Positions 24,525 to 37,464 of a stretch of 64,000 bases of DNA are shown piece by piece. The notes beneath the pieces were generated by a model that searched no databases, was not told the origin of the DNA, and was given only the letters and a program-made list of their open reading frames with translations. Source of the DNA: Chiloscyllium plagiosum (lineage: Eukaryota); assembly GCF_004010195.1 (NCBI RefSeq), contig NC_057754.1, forward strand, positions 10,079,562-10,143,561, given 5' to 3'. The translations under genes were made by a program, and so were the position numbers. The first letter of the stretch is position 1. Every line of letters starts with the position of its first letter.

Positions 24525-26190
24525 ACCTGGAATATTGCATGCAGTTTTGGCCTCCTTACCTGAGGACGGACGTTCTTGATGTAGAGGGAGTACAACAAAT
24601 GTTTACTAAATTAATCCTGGGATGACAGGACTGATTGAGTCAGTTAGGATTGTTTCTACTGGAATGTGGAAGAATGAGGAGGGGGGGGGATTTCATTGAA
24701 AACTATAAAATTCAAGCGTGGTGCCACTGTTTAAGAAGGGCGGTAAAGACAAGTCAGGGAACTATAGACCAGTGAGCCTGACCTCGGTGGTGGGCAAGTT
24801 GTTGGAAGGAATCCTAAGGGATAGGATGTACATGTATTTGGAAAGGCAAGGACTGATTAGGGATAGTCAACATGGCTTTGTGCATGGGAAATCATGTCTC
24901 ACAAACTTCATTGAGTTTTTTGAAGAAGTAACAAAGAAGATTNNNNNNNNNNNNNNNNNNNNNNNNNNNNNNNNNNNNNNNNNNNNNNNNNNNNNNNNNN
25001 NNNNNNNNNNNNNNNNNNNNNNNNNNNNNNNNNNNNNNNNNNNNNNNNNNNNNNNNNNNNNNNNNNNNNNNNNNNNNNNNNNNNNNNNNNNNNNNNNNNN
25101 NNNNNNNNNNNNNNNNNNNNNNNNNNNNNNNNNNNNNNNNNNNNNNNNAACCTTGGAGTGCAGGTTCATAGCTCCTTGAAAGTGGAGTCGCAGGTAGATA
25201 GGATAGTGAAGAAGGCGTTTGGTATGCTTTCCTTTATTGGTCAGAGTATTGAGTACAGGAGTTGGGAGATCATGTTGCAGCTGTACAGGACATTGGTTTC
25301 GCCACTGTTGGAATATTGCATGCAATTCTGGTCTCCTTCCTATCGGAAAGATGTTGTGAAACTTGAAAGGGTTCAGAAAAGATTTACAAGGATGTTGCCA
25401 GGGTTGGAGGATCTGAGCTACAGGGAGAGGCTGAACAGGCTGGGGCTGTTTTCCCTGGAGTGTCGGAGGCTGAGGGGTGACCTTATAGAGGTTTACAAAA
25501 TATAAGGGGCATGGATAGGATAGATAGGCAAAGTCTTTTCCCTGGGGTCGTGGAGTCCAGAACTAGAGGGCATATGTTTAGGGTGAGAGGGGAAAGATAT
25601 AAAAGAGACCTACGGGGCAACAGTTTCACAGAGAGGGTGGTACGTATATGGAATGAGCTGCCAGAGGAAGTGGTGGAGGCTGGTACAATTGCAACATTTA
25701 AGAGACATTTGGATGGGTATATGAATAGGAAGGGTTTGGAGGGATATGGGTCGGGTGCTGGCAGGTGGGACTCGATTGGGTTGGGATATCTGGTCGGCAT
25801 GGACAGGTTGGACTGAGGGTCTGTTTCTGTGCTGTACATCTCTATGACGTGTTAGATTCTGTCAGGATGTTCTCAATAGTGGGGGGCAGGTCCAGAACCA
25901 GGGATCATCATTTAAGGATGAGGAGTAAACCTTTTTCAGACTGAGAGGAGAAATGTCTTCACGCAGAGATCTGGTGAACCTATGCAATTCACTGTCATAG
26001 AAAGTGTTGAGGCCATAGCATTATGTTTTATCAAGGACATAGATGTGACTCTTGTTGCTAAAGGGATCAAAGGATGTGGAGGGAGGGCATGATTAGGATA
26101 TTGGGCCTGACAATAATTCATGTTGATAATGAATGGTGGAGCAGCCTCGAGGGGTGGTATGGCCTTCTGCTGACCTCTGTATGTTTTTAG
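24525..26190 (+). mobile_element. Older CR1 3' fragment interrupted by a young CR1 (~24716-25848)
   Basis: VPLFKKGGKDKSGNYRPVSLTSVVGKLLE; LYRTLVSPLLEYCMQFWSP; 3' UTR. Confidence 0.85.
24943..25148. other. Assembly gap (206 N) inside a young CR1
   Basis: Run of N. Confidence 1.
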
Positions 26191-26610
26191 GTAGGTTTCT
26201 ATTTTCCAATCTATGGAATCTTCCCCGAATTGACTGAATCATCAAAAAAACCAAAGCCAACTCATCTACTATCTCTCTAGTCATTTCGTTTAAGATCCCA
26301 GAATGTTGACCGTCTCAGCGCACAGCTCCCACAATTTCTCAATAACATTTCTCTCATGATTTTAATTTTCTTCAGCTGCTCTATCTCCTCCATTTCCTGA
26401 TTTATTGCTGCTTCTGGGGTGTTACCTCTTCTACAATGAAGACCAGTATAAAAAAACCTGTTTGATTCCTTTGCCATCCACTTATTTTCTATTACAAATT
26501 CTTCAGACTTATTTCCTACAAGACCAGTGGGCCAAATGGCCTCTATCTGCACTGCAGGGATTCTATGACAATTGCTCCCATTAGATAAAGAGGGAAAAAG
26601 TGTTCCCTGT

Positions 26611-26813
26611 TGTAGTGATTGGAACAGGACCTCACAGAATATGAGTTCCCTGATTGGGGCTGTTAATTTCTTCCCATCACGGAGCCCTGGCTGATCAATA
26701 CAAACAGGAGTGTCAGGAGTTCTGTTCACTCGAGACACCGGCTCTGAGCTAGCTGTTCAGTGTCACGTACTATGCATGTGTAAAAAAAGGGTGATTCGGT
26801 TAGAGTTATTTCA
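26611..26813 (+). mobile_element. Short solo LTR (203 bp)
   Basis: TG...CA ends; 5-bp TSD CCTGT at 26606-26610 and 26814-26818. Confidence 0.8.
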
Positions 26814-27787
26814 CCTGTGTTGGAAGAATCGAGAAGTAAGGGACCCCAGTTTAACGTGATTAACAAAAGCAATGCTGGCATCGGGAAAATCATTTTTTTT
26901 GCCCGTAAGTTGAGTCTAACACTGCACGTTGAATCTGACAGTGCATTTCAGATTCCAACAACCTTCTTAAAAGAGAACTGGACAACTATATGAAGGGGAA
27001 AAAGTGCAATGGCCAGAGATGAGTCGTCCATATTCCTTCCTTTTGTGCTGTAATTGGAATGTGGAGAGGAATTGTGGGCCATGGGGCTCCTTAAAACCTT
27101 CTACCCTGCCTCGCCCCAAGCATTCCATTTGAGTTCCAGAATTTGGAGCCATGGTAACAGCAGCTGCCCAGGATCTGGTTTGGCTCCATAGTGACCATGA
27201 ACTTCAAAATACAAGTAGTATGAGGGAAACATTAAGCAACTTGCTGAAGAGTAAACAAAAAACTCAGAGCAGTAAATTGATAATTTTAAGAATTGAGTAA
27301 TTTAATAAATATGACCAGAATGAAGTGCCAAGCAACAGCTGTCCATTTTATTAATTTTTCACATGGGAACCAGGAAGAGATATGGTAGGCCTCAAATTGT
27401 TGGGGAAGGGAAGGGGCAGGGATTGGGGGGTAACCTTAGGAAGTGTTGTTAATCAGTGCTGTATTTGTCACTGCTCGCATATACTTTCAGCATTTTTGAT
27501 TGAATTCATTGAAAAGTAGGGACAGATGTGATTGCCTCTCAGCCTATATTTTTCTCCTCTCCCAATCAGCGTTGTGGAGAGATTTTTGGCGATGCTAGGA
27601 CAGGATAGGGAAGCTTATATGTTCTTAAGAGTCCACACTGATCTCTGTGTGTGACACGGCATGAGTTGAAGCATTTGTTTGTCTGGTCTAGTCCCAGTCT
27701 CAAGTTAAACACACACATGTTCTCTTTTGTACATGCACTTATATCTGCTCTCAAAGCCACTTATTCTCTCACGCACATGCTTACTTG

Positions 27788-29092
27788 TGTTATAAAGTGA
27801 AGGTTGACCCCTACCCCCAGATCCAAAGAGGAGCACCTTGCCCCATAATCTGGAGGAAGAGTGTGAAAGTGGTCTAACCTGCTTTTCAGCAACTTCTAGT
27901 GGTTAAATAAAATAAATCCCTGACACTCACTCTAAATTCAAGAAGTAACAATTTATTTATCTAACTCGAACTGTGAACAAATTAACTAATTTGTTAATTA
28001 GTGGCACAGTTGGGCGGCACGGTGGCACAGTTGGGCGGCACGGTGGCACAGTGGTTAGCACTGCTGCCTCGCAGCGCCAGAGACCCGGGTTCAATTCCCG
28101 ACTCAGGCGACTGACTGTGTGGAGTTTGCACGTTCTCCCCGTGTCTGTGTGGGTTTCCTCCCACAGTCCAAAGATATGCAGGTTAGGTGAATTGGCCATA
28201 CTAAATTGCCCGTAGTGTTAGGTAAGGGGTAAATGTAGGGGTATGGGTGGGTTTCGCTTCGGCGGGTCGGTGTGGACTTGTTGGGCCGAAGGGCCTGTTT
28301 CCACACTGTAATCTAATCTAATCTAATCTAATCTAAACTATTAGCAATCAAATACATTCCTTCTAACTCCTAACTATTCCCAAGTAAAACAAGATTCTAA
28401 TGGTGTGCAATTCTAATAAATACGAGTCACAATCATATATGAAAAAAACAGTCTCTCCAAATTACAGCCAGGTTGCATGTCTTCTAGAATGTTCTGTGCC
28501 TTCTCTGTCGATTCTTCTATAAGGAACGCCTTCTCCATTGTTGGTACCACTGTTATTTAGGTGGTGCTTTCTCTAAGACATAAATGACTGTGAGAGCCAG
28601 AGATTCTAATTCTCAAGAGAGAGAGAGAGAGAGCGCTGAGGGCTGTTAACTCCAGTGGATCACTGTTAGCTCTGGAGTCTTTGTCCAATTATTCTCTTCT
28701 TTTATACCCTTGATGATATATCATATTGCTTACAATAGGATTGGTCCTATGTTGTTAAAACTATCAGATTTAAATTTAATAGGTTTTTTTGAATCTAAAT
28801 GCTTGGTTCAAACTGATTGGCAAAATTCAAAAGCCTGTTGTTTTGGTAAAAACTGATGCTTGGCCTGCTAACTGTATGGCCTTTCAATACAAATGTTTCA
28901 GTTCGAGCTCTCTGTGTACTGGCAAATGTTCAAGCTGCTGCTCACAGACATCCATTTTAAATTGCTGAGCACCGAAAAAGCACTATCTTTTAAAGGGACC
29001 ATGCAATGCTTTCCCCATTTTACAGTTTTACAAACTCCAAATTCTAACTTCCTGCCTCCCAATCTATAATTACTCTACACAACTTCACAACA
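27788..29092 (-). mobile_element. 3' LTR of the Gmr1-like element (contains an HE1 insertion)
   Basis: Minus-strand ends TGTTGTGA...TTATAACA; immediately preceded by polypurine tract GGGGGGGAAAAA (~29093-29104). Confidence 0.75.
28002..28336 (+). mobile_element. HE1-type V-SINE with a 5' 21-bp tandem duplication
   Basis: gtggcacagttgggcggcacg x2, then the standard body and a (TAATC)n tail. Confidence 0.9.
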
Positions 29093-32000
29093 TTTTTCCC
29101 CCCCAAGAAAAAAAATGAACCATCATAATGAAAAGATGCCTTTTTTTTGTTTTATTTCTTTTAAAATCTTAACTACATTATATCACCAGATCCATAGCTC
29201 ATTAATCCAGTGTTACACATTTCATATTAATTCTATTTCTATGCAATATTGAACACTACTCTTTCTATCTTTATAGAAGCATTTTTCTTTTAAACTCACA
29301 ATAAAGCATCTGCGATAATATTTTCACGACCCCTCAACATGTACAATCCATAAATTAAATGCTTATAATGTCAGATTCCAGCAAAATAATCTGGTTGTTC
29401 TTGTCCATAAACCTTTTCAGAAATATCAAAGGATTGTGAGCGGTATACGTAATCATCTCTGATACATTGTTTGCACTGTAAAGATTAAGATATTGTAAGG
29501 CTATTACCAAACTCAATAACTCTTTTCCAATGATTGAATTTTTTAAAAAAAATAACCAATTGGCCTTTCAACTCCACAATCACTCTCTTGTAACAACACA
29601 GCTCCAACACCTATTTTGCTTGCGTTGAAGGGTTTCAATAAATTTGACATGGCTAACACTAGTGCAGTGGTTAACACTGCTTTTAAATTCTCAACTCTCT
29701 CCTGGCATTGTTCTGTCCACTGAAATTTTGAGTTTCTTTTTAATAAATCCATCAACAGTGCCACTACATGACTGAAGTTTGGTACAAATGTCCTGCAGAA
29801 TCCGCTCAATCCTAAAAGTCATAGCACTTCCTTCTTTCAAGACGTTTTGGGAATTGCTTGATGGCCTTCGTCTTCATGTTCCTTGGTGTCAGCCTTCCAT
29901 ATCCAATGATCTGCCCGAAGAATGTCACTTCTGCCTTCACAAGTTCTGCTTTTGCCAAGTTTGTGACCAACTTTGCCTTTAGTAGTCTTTTAAAGAGCTC
30001 TGCCAAATGCTCCAGGTCATCTATCCACAAATGGCTAATGATCACTAAGTCATCTACGCAGATGGCACAATTAGTCAATCTTGCCACAACTCTGTTTAAG
30101 CCTTTAAAAAATGGCTGGTGCGTTTTTCATTCTAAAGGACGTCACTTTGAATTGGTATAGCCCATTTAGAGTTACAAATGCGAAAACTTCTTTTGCTTTC
30201 TCTGACAAAGGTACTTGCGAGTGACAGTGAAGTAACTCCAACTTTGTGATGTAAGTGGCTTGTCCTACTTTTTCCACACAATCCCCCAGCCTTGGATTTG
30301 GGTATGAGTCGGATTTGGTCACAGCATTTACCATGCGAATAATCTACGCAGAATCGTTGAATACCATCATGTTTGTGAATGCACATGATCGGCAAATTAC
30401 ACTCACTTTGACTCATCTCTATGATGTTTTCTTGGAGTATTGCTTCCACTTTCGAACCTGCGCTACTTTGAGAGGATTAAGCCTATAAGGATGATGATTA
30501 ATTGGAATAGCATTCCCTACATCAACCTTGTACAATGACATTTGTCCTCCCTATTCTATTTCTACAAGGGTCCTCATGGCCCTATTTCAATTCAGTTCTC
30601 TGTTCTGGGACAGATAGCTCACTACCCAATCACATTCCTTAAGGACTTCCCCATTATTCAATGTATTCTGAGGCATATCAAAATCCAAATCATCTGGAAT
30701 TGATTCCTCACTGAGTGGCAGTAACTAATACCTGTTTGTCTGGTTCCCTTCCTCTGTCATAGCAATGTTTTCAGCACGTTCACATGACATACCTAATTGT
30801 TTTTCCCCTCTCTAGCATCTTTACCACTTAAATCACCTGACTTAACTTCTTCTCAATCTGATAGGCACCACTAAACTTTGCTTTGAAGAGATCCCCTACC
30901 ACTGGTAACAGCATCAATACTTTATCACCGTGGGCAAACGTACGAATTTTAGATTTCTTATTTGCGTCTTGCTTCATTCGGAGCTGTGCCACCTTCAAAT
31001 GTTGTCTAGCTAATTCACCGACTCTGTTTAATCTTTCTCTCACTCAGATACATAATCCAATTGTGAGATCTTTGACTGAGAACTATCAACTTTTCTGTAA
31101 TTTTTAAAGGCCCTCTTACTGTATGACCAAATATCAATTCAAATGGAGTAAACTGAGTCGATTCATTTGGAGCATCTCTAATGGCAAATAATAAAAATGG
31201 GATTTCTTTATCCCAATCATTTGGGTATTCCTGGCCATAAGCCCTCAGCATCACCTTTTCAATGCTCCCTGGGATGCAGGATGGTACGCATTTGATGTAA
31301 AGTGTTTGATGCCTAAACTGTGACCTCCTTAAACATTTTGGCAGTAAAACTGGACCCTTGATATCTGACTGAATTTTCCTGGGCAATCCATAACCGGTAA
31401 AGAAAGCAAGCAACTCTTCCACAACCTTTTACATCTTAACATTCCACAGTGGAAAAGCATCCGGAAACCTGATAGACACATCCATTACGGTTAGCAAATT
31501 CTGGTTCCCACTTTTGGTTTTAGGGAGGGGACTTCAATTATAACCTGTGTAAAAGTTCTTCATATCCAGGAAGTGGCATGAAAGGCACTGGTTTTATCAC
31601 TGCCTGTGGCTTTCCTACCATCTGACAAGGATGGCAATATTCAACCACATCTTTATGTAATCCAGGCCAATAGAAATGTTTCTGTTTCTTATCCTGAGTC
31701 GTCACTCCTGGATGATCATGCGCCACCTGCAATACTTCCTGTCTGTATTCTACTGGCAACACAATCTGGTGAACTCCTTCCCACTTCTCACCTGCAATAA
31801 CCTGCCAAGGTCTCCATTTCCATCTTAGGGTTTTATCCTTAAGGCAGTAGCATTCTGAAATACACTGATACCTTTTCCGAGTAGGTTTTATGATGTAAAT
31901 CCTTTTTTTGTCTTCAATCTTTTTATTGTATCTTCATTAATCTTTCAGAACCAAAATATCTATCTGATCCTCTACCTGCTTAGGTTTGTCCTTTACCATC

Positions 32001-33419
32001 TTATCAGTTAGCTAACTGGACCTCAATTCCTTCATCTTTCTCTTTTGTTTTCCCTTGTTTTAACTTATGGCTGTAGGATCTTGTCACCACACAGTCCAGA
32101 AAGATTTCAGGGTATTTTTCTTTTAACTCCTCAGTTCCGTGGTTTTCCTTTGGCCTTTCCACTACAATGGGCATCACTCCCATCTGTGATCCAGCTATAT
32201 CATTTCCAAGAATAAACTGTATTTTTGGAATAGCCAAGTTTTCCATCACTCCCACTGTCACTTCCTTAGTCTTGAGGGGACTTTCTCACCTTAACTTATA
32301 GAGGGGAACACTACTTCCCTCTCCATTCATTCTGCAGATTACCACTCTCAGGTAATATTTCAGGAATGCAAGTATTTTCATCTCTTACTATTAGAGACAG
32401 ACTAGGTCCTTTATCTCTCAATATTTTAACTTCTTTACCTACTCCCAACTGTTCTACCTGAGTAAATCTTACCTACCCAGGTGAAGTCTTTGAAAAGATC
32501 TTACTATTGTTGCGAAGTTGGTATGTAAAATTATAAAATGGGGGAAGAGTTTCTTGAAACAGCATACCAGCTGCTTGACTTCTTTTGGGATTTCGTTCAC
32601 TACTTCAAGTGATCCCACTGGTTTGGCCTTTTTTACCGCATCCTTTTTCCCAGTGCCTTTCTCAAACCACTTTGTGTCCCACCTTATTGCAGTGAAAACA
32701 CCGAGGCCTTTCACCCTCTTGGGTTTCTTTTTTCACATGTGGTAAACTGTTCCCAGTGTGATCTACTTTTCACTTCTCATTTGAAGGATCTCCCTTCTTC
32801 TCAATTTCTATCCCTCGCGGAATGAAATTGCTGTCGGGACGCTAAATTTCAGTTTATCCACTAAGGCGTATTCATCTGCCATCTTTGCTGCTTTTCTCAC
32901 TGTTTGAACTTCCTGGTCCTCAATGAGTTCTTATCATTTCTGGAACAGAGTTTTTAAACTCCTCCAGCAGAGTATTCTCTTAGATTCTCATATGTCTTGG
33001 CTGTCTTTAATGCTGTCATCCATCTATCGAAGTTACTATGTTTAATTCTTTTAAAATCAATGTAAGTCTGGCCTGGTTCCTTTCTCACATTTCTGAACCA
33101 TTGCCTACATGCTTCAATTACCAATTTGTAGGCACTCAAAATTGCCTTTTTCACTTCTTCTTATTCTCCTGATACTACCTCTGACAGCACTGCAAACACC
33201 TCACTAGCCCTGCCTGTTCTGAATTAACATTACCCACACAGTCTGGAAGCACTAAATAAATATTTTTCGACAGTGTTCACTATAGGAAATGAAAATATTA
33301 GCGAGGAAGATACAGAGATACTTGCATCTAGACTAGACGAGATTGAGGTTCACAAGGAAGAGGTATTAGAAATTCTGCAGAGTGTGAAAATAGACTAGTC
33401 CCCTGAGCCGGATGGGATC

Positions 33420-33690
33420 TAGGAGAAAGTGAGGACTGGAGATCAGAGCTTAAAAATGTATTGCTGGAAAAGCGCAGCAGGTCAGGCAGCATCCAAGGAG
33501 AGAAATCCGCATTCATCCCGTGTGGCTGGAGGGTTCCTAGGCGGAAGATGAGTCGCTCTTCCTCCAGGCGTCGTGTTGCCATGGTCTGGTGATGAAGGAG
33601 GCTAAGGACCTGCATGTCCTTGACGGAGTGGGAGGGGGAGTTCAGCCACGGGGCGGTTGGGTTGGTTGGTGCGGGTGTCCCAGAGTGTTG
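33420..33690 (-). mobile_element. Neptune-like PLE 3' fragment (GIY-YIG C-terminus and pLTR tail), preceded by a CR1 fragment (~33240-33420), nested in gag
   Basis: NSPSHSVKDMQVLSLLH...RRLEEERLIFRLGTLQPHGMNADF. Confidence 0.75.
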
Positions 33691-33767
33691 TCCTGGTTGG
33701 GTCCAAATTTTGTTGGTCTGAACGTAGTGTTGTCCTGGTTGGGTCCAAATTTTGTTTGTCTGAACGT
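33684..33767. repeat. 42-bp direct tandem duplication
   Basis: agtgttgtcctggttgggtccaaattttgtt(g/t)gtctgaacgt x2. Confidence 0.9.
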
Positions 33768-34257
33768 GGGACACCCGTCTCAGACATATTGTATGTATCC
33801 CTACCAGGCTGTTTGCTACAACGAATTTGCTCATCATCACTATCCTCCTCCATCCTGTTGCATCGACTTTCCTGTCCAATTGAAGTTCAAACTCTCTTTC
33901 CATTTCTTCTCTCTTTTACTTTTTCCTATGCTAGGAATTTTCATTTTTTTTAATCAATAGTTTTAATGGTCTTTTATTAATTTTAATCAACGCAGGTTAG
34001 TGTTTTAGTCAATTAAGCAATAGTGGCAGGTAATCTAACACTATAACTTAATGTGGGTTTCCACAAAGGACATGTCAAATGATGTTAATATCCTCGGATA
34101 GGTAACCTAATGCGAATGATGCTGCCAGAACTCTCATTCTCCTTGTTTAACGAATACCATGCTTGGTGAATCAGTTTCAGCTCCGTAGTTTCCCTTGACC
34201 ATTCCCTTTTGGATCTACACCAACAAGAACACTCAGAAAGGCATGTTTTAAAGTATA

Positions 34258-35995
34258 AATTTTTTATTCATTTGTGGGAAGTGGGTGTCACTGGCTAGCC
34301 AGCATTTATTGCCCATCCCTAGTTGCCCTTGAGGAGGTGTCTTGAACCACTGCAGTCTACCTGCTGTGAGGTGACTCTCAATGCCATGAGGAAGGGAATT
34401 CCAGGATTTTGACCCAGCAACAGTGGAAGAATGATGTATTTCCAAGGCAAATTGGTGAGTGTATTAGAGGGGGACTTGAAGGTGATGATGTTCCCATATA
34501 TCTGCTGCCCTTATCCTTTTTAGATGGAAGTGGTTATAGGTTTGGAAGGTGCTGTCTGGGGATCTTTGGTGAATTTGTGCAGTGCATCCTCTAGACAGTG
34601 CACACAGCTGCTACTGAGTGTTGGTGGGAGAGTGAGTGGATGCTTGTGGATGGAGAGCACATCAAGCGGGCTGCTTTGTCTTAGATGGTGTCAAGCCATT
34701 TGAGTGTTGTTGGAATTGCATCCATCCAGGCAGTGGAGAGAATTCCATCATACTCCTGACTTGTGTCGAAAAGTGCGCACTGGAAAAGCACTGCAGGTCA
34801 GGCAGTATCTGAGCAACAGGAGAATCGACATTTCGGGTTTAAGCCCTTCAGGGCTTATGCCTTAAACGTTGATTCTCCTGCTCCTCAGATGCAGTCTGAC
34901 CTGTTGTGCTTTTAAGCACCATATTTTTTTGACTCTGATCTCCAGCATCTGCAGTCCTCACTTTCTCCTCCACATTTCTGACTTGCGCCTTGTAGTCGGT
35001 GAACAGGCTTTGGTGAGTCAGGAGGTATGTTACCCGCCACTGTATTTTGAGTCTATGACCTGTTCTTGTAGCCATCATGTTTATGTGGTGGGTCCCTATT
35101 GAGTTTTTAGTCAGTGGTAACCTAAGCATGTTGATAGTGGGAGATGCAGTGATGATAGCTCCACTCAATGTCAAGAGCAATGGTTATATCATCGCTTACT
35201 CGAGATAGTCATTGCCTGACGTATGTCTGGCACGAATGTTACTTTCCTCTTGTCAACCTCAGCCTGCATATTGTCCAGATCTTGTTGCATTTGAACATGA
35301 ACTGCTTTGGTATCTGAGGAGTCTCGAATAGTGGTGAACATTGTGCAATCATCTGCGAACACCCCCACTCTGATCTTATGATGGAGGGAAGGTGATTGAT
35401 GAGGCAGCTGAAGATGTTTGGACCTAGGACACTACCATGAGGAGCTCCTGCAGAGATGTTCTGGAGCTAAGATGACAGACCGCCAATAACAACCATCTTC
35501 TTATGTGCGAGGTATGACTCCAATTAGCCCCGATACCCATTGACTCCAGGTTTACTAGGGCTCCTTGATACCACACTCGATCAAATGCAGCCTTGATGTC
35601 AGGGACTCACTCGCCTCACCTCTGGAGTTCAGCTATTTTGTCCATGAAGGCTGTAATGAGGTCAGAAGCTGAGTGGTCTGGTGGAACCCAAACTGGGTAT
35701 ACTGTTGATGAAACCTTCCATCACTTTAGTGTTGACTTGAGTGTAGTATTATGGGGTGGTAATTGGCTAGATTGGATTTGTCCTACTTTTTGTGTACAGG
35801 ACATTCATAAGCAATTTTCCACATTGACCGGCAGATGCCAGTATTGTAACTACTGGAAAAGCTTGGCAAGGGGAGACAGAAGTTGTGGAGTTCAAGTCTT
35901 CAGCACCGACCTCCAACTGTTTCTTGATATCACGTGAAATGAGTCAAATTGGCTGAAGACTGGTATGTCTTATGCTGGGGACCACTGAAAGAGGC
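34258..35995 (-). mobile_element. Old L2/CR1-clade LINE, 3' part
   Basis: TVAGSKSWNSLP and YKAQVR motifs, RT remnants; same family as 57380-61580. Confidence 0.7.
34768..34970. mobile_element. Fold-back PLE-derived element
   Basis: Palindrome centred at aagcccttcagggctt (~34839-34856); degenerate TSD ctgacttg(t/c)g. Confidence 0.8.
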
Positions 35996-36227
35996 TGCAA
36001 GATCTTTTGCACTCATGTGTTTGGCTCTTCCATTATTCAGCGTCTCTATATCTGAATTATATTTGCATCCTCGACAACATCCAGCGAATCTCTTTTGTAT
36101 CAACATCCTCCTATAGTGTGGTGACAGGAAACTGCACACAAAACTTCGGCAGTAGCCTATCTAACGTTATATACAACTGCTTCACGATCTCCTTGCTCTT
36201 GCCTTCAATGTCTTGACTAATAAAGGC

Positions 36228-36527
36228 AGTAAGGGTCTATTATGTATTCATAGTCTGGCATGTATGAATAAAATTTTGGATAATGCTTATACAATTATAA
36301 TAAATCCCGAGAAAATTGTACAGGATAGTAATAAGAAATCTAAAACTTGTAAGATGTACGTAAACTTGTGTACTGACATTGGGTAATCAAAACGTGCTCT
36401 GAATAAAGCACGTGGAGTCTTGTCTGGGCTGGTACCTGTGTGTAAGGGCAGACGTGCTGCCTGGGTGGACTACAAGACAAAGTCTCTTGCTCAAAGACAA
36501 TAGAAACTCAAATGGGGGAGCCTTACA
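36228..36527 (+). mobile_element. Possible solo LTR
   Basis: Terminal inverted (A)GTAAGG...CCTTACA, AATAAA inside; no TSD. Confidence 0.4.
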
Positions 36528-36819
36528 CCCACCAAATACTGTGGTTCAAAGCAACTCCGAGAGGGGGTTGGAGTTGCCCACGCCTGTTTCTTCTGAAAAC
36601 AATGGTCCAACTAATTTTGACTGGGGCTATTTTCCCTGGAATATTGGAAGCTGAGGAGTGACCTTTTAGAGGTTTATAAATCATGAGCAGAGGCAGGCAA
36701 GATCTTTTCCCCAGGGTAGGAATGTCCAAAACTAGAGAGCATATGTTTAAGTTGAGAGGGGAAAGATTTAAAAGGAACCTAAGGGGCAACTTTTTCACTC
36801 AGAGGATGGTGTAGTATGG

Positions 36820-37016
36820 TAAAAACAATGACTGCAGATGCTGGAAACCAGAGTTTGGATTAGGGGTGCTGGAAGAGCACCGCAGTTCAGGCAGCATCCG
36901 AGGAGCAGCAAAATCGACGTTTCGGGCAAAAGCCCTTCTTTTGCCCGAAACGTCGATTTTGCTGCTCCTCAGATGCTGCCTGAACTGCTGTGCTCTTCCA
37001 GCACCACTAATCAAAA
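36820..37016. mobile_element. Fold-back PLE-derived element inserted in a CR1 3' fragment (~36620-37160)
   Basis: Palindrome ~36858-37012; 17-bp TSD AGGATGGTGTAGTATGG (36803-36819, 37017-37033). Confidence 0.9.
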
Positions 37017-37174
37017 AGGATGGTGTAGTATGGCATGAGCTACTAGAGGAAGTGGTGGAGTTTGATATGACACAATATTTAAAAGGCATCTGAATGACTA
37101 TATGAATAGGAAGTGTTTAGAAAGATATGGACCAAATACTGGCAAATTGGAATAGATTTCTTGAGGATAAATAT

Positions 37175-37462
37175 ACCATCAAGCCCATTGAGTCTGCACC
37201 AATCCTCCAAGGACCATCCTTCATAGTCCCCACAACCCCGCATTTACCATTGGCTCAGGCACCTACTGTGCTTTTCCAGCACCACTCTAATCTAGACTCA
37301 GGCACCTGACCTGCCGATCCTGGGGCAACTTTAGCATGACCAATCAACCTAATCTGCACATCTTTGGACAATGGGAGGAAACCTACGCAGACATAGGGAG
37401 TCACCCCCGGCTGGAATCGAACCCGGGTCCCTGGCAGCAGGACCAACGACTTTGCCACCATG
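37175..37462 (-). mobile_element. HE1-type SINE directly upstream of the ZNF promoter
   Basis: ctgcacatctttggac...ggaatcgaacccgggtccctggc. Confidence 0.75.
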
Positions 37463-37464
37463 CA

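Larger units (their letters stand above)
29093..34240 (-). mobile_element. Decayed Gmr1-like Ty3/Gypsy internal region: gag (SCAN-like)-PR-IN-RT-RH
   Basis: gag KKAILSAYKLVIEACRQWFR (~33150); PR ILRDKGPS and FILGNDIAG (~32200-32440); IN AHDH...HFYWPGL...YGLPRKIQSD...TPFELIFG (~30830-31800); RT DSYP...NAPAIF, CVDDLVI (~29810-30480); RH YTAHNPL...ENIIADAL (~29300-29700); 5' LTR not found. Confidence 0.85.

Noticed and set aside
24943..25148. Internal deletion in the young CR1
   Set aside because: It is an N gap; the homologous span in 42890-43400 is ~500 bp, so the gap size is probably just an estimate
28012..28105. tRNA genes (also 18670, 23155, 55197)
   Set aside because: These are tRNA-derived SINE heads continuing into a V-domain and tail
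33684..33767. CRISPR-like repeat (also 1685-1925, 5221-5458)
   Set aside because: Plain tandem duplications without spacers; eukaryotic context with no cas genes
33328..33903. 191-aa minus-strand ORF as a novel chimeric gene
   Set aside because: Accidental read-through across gag, a tandem duplication, PLE and CR1 fragments
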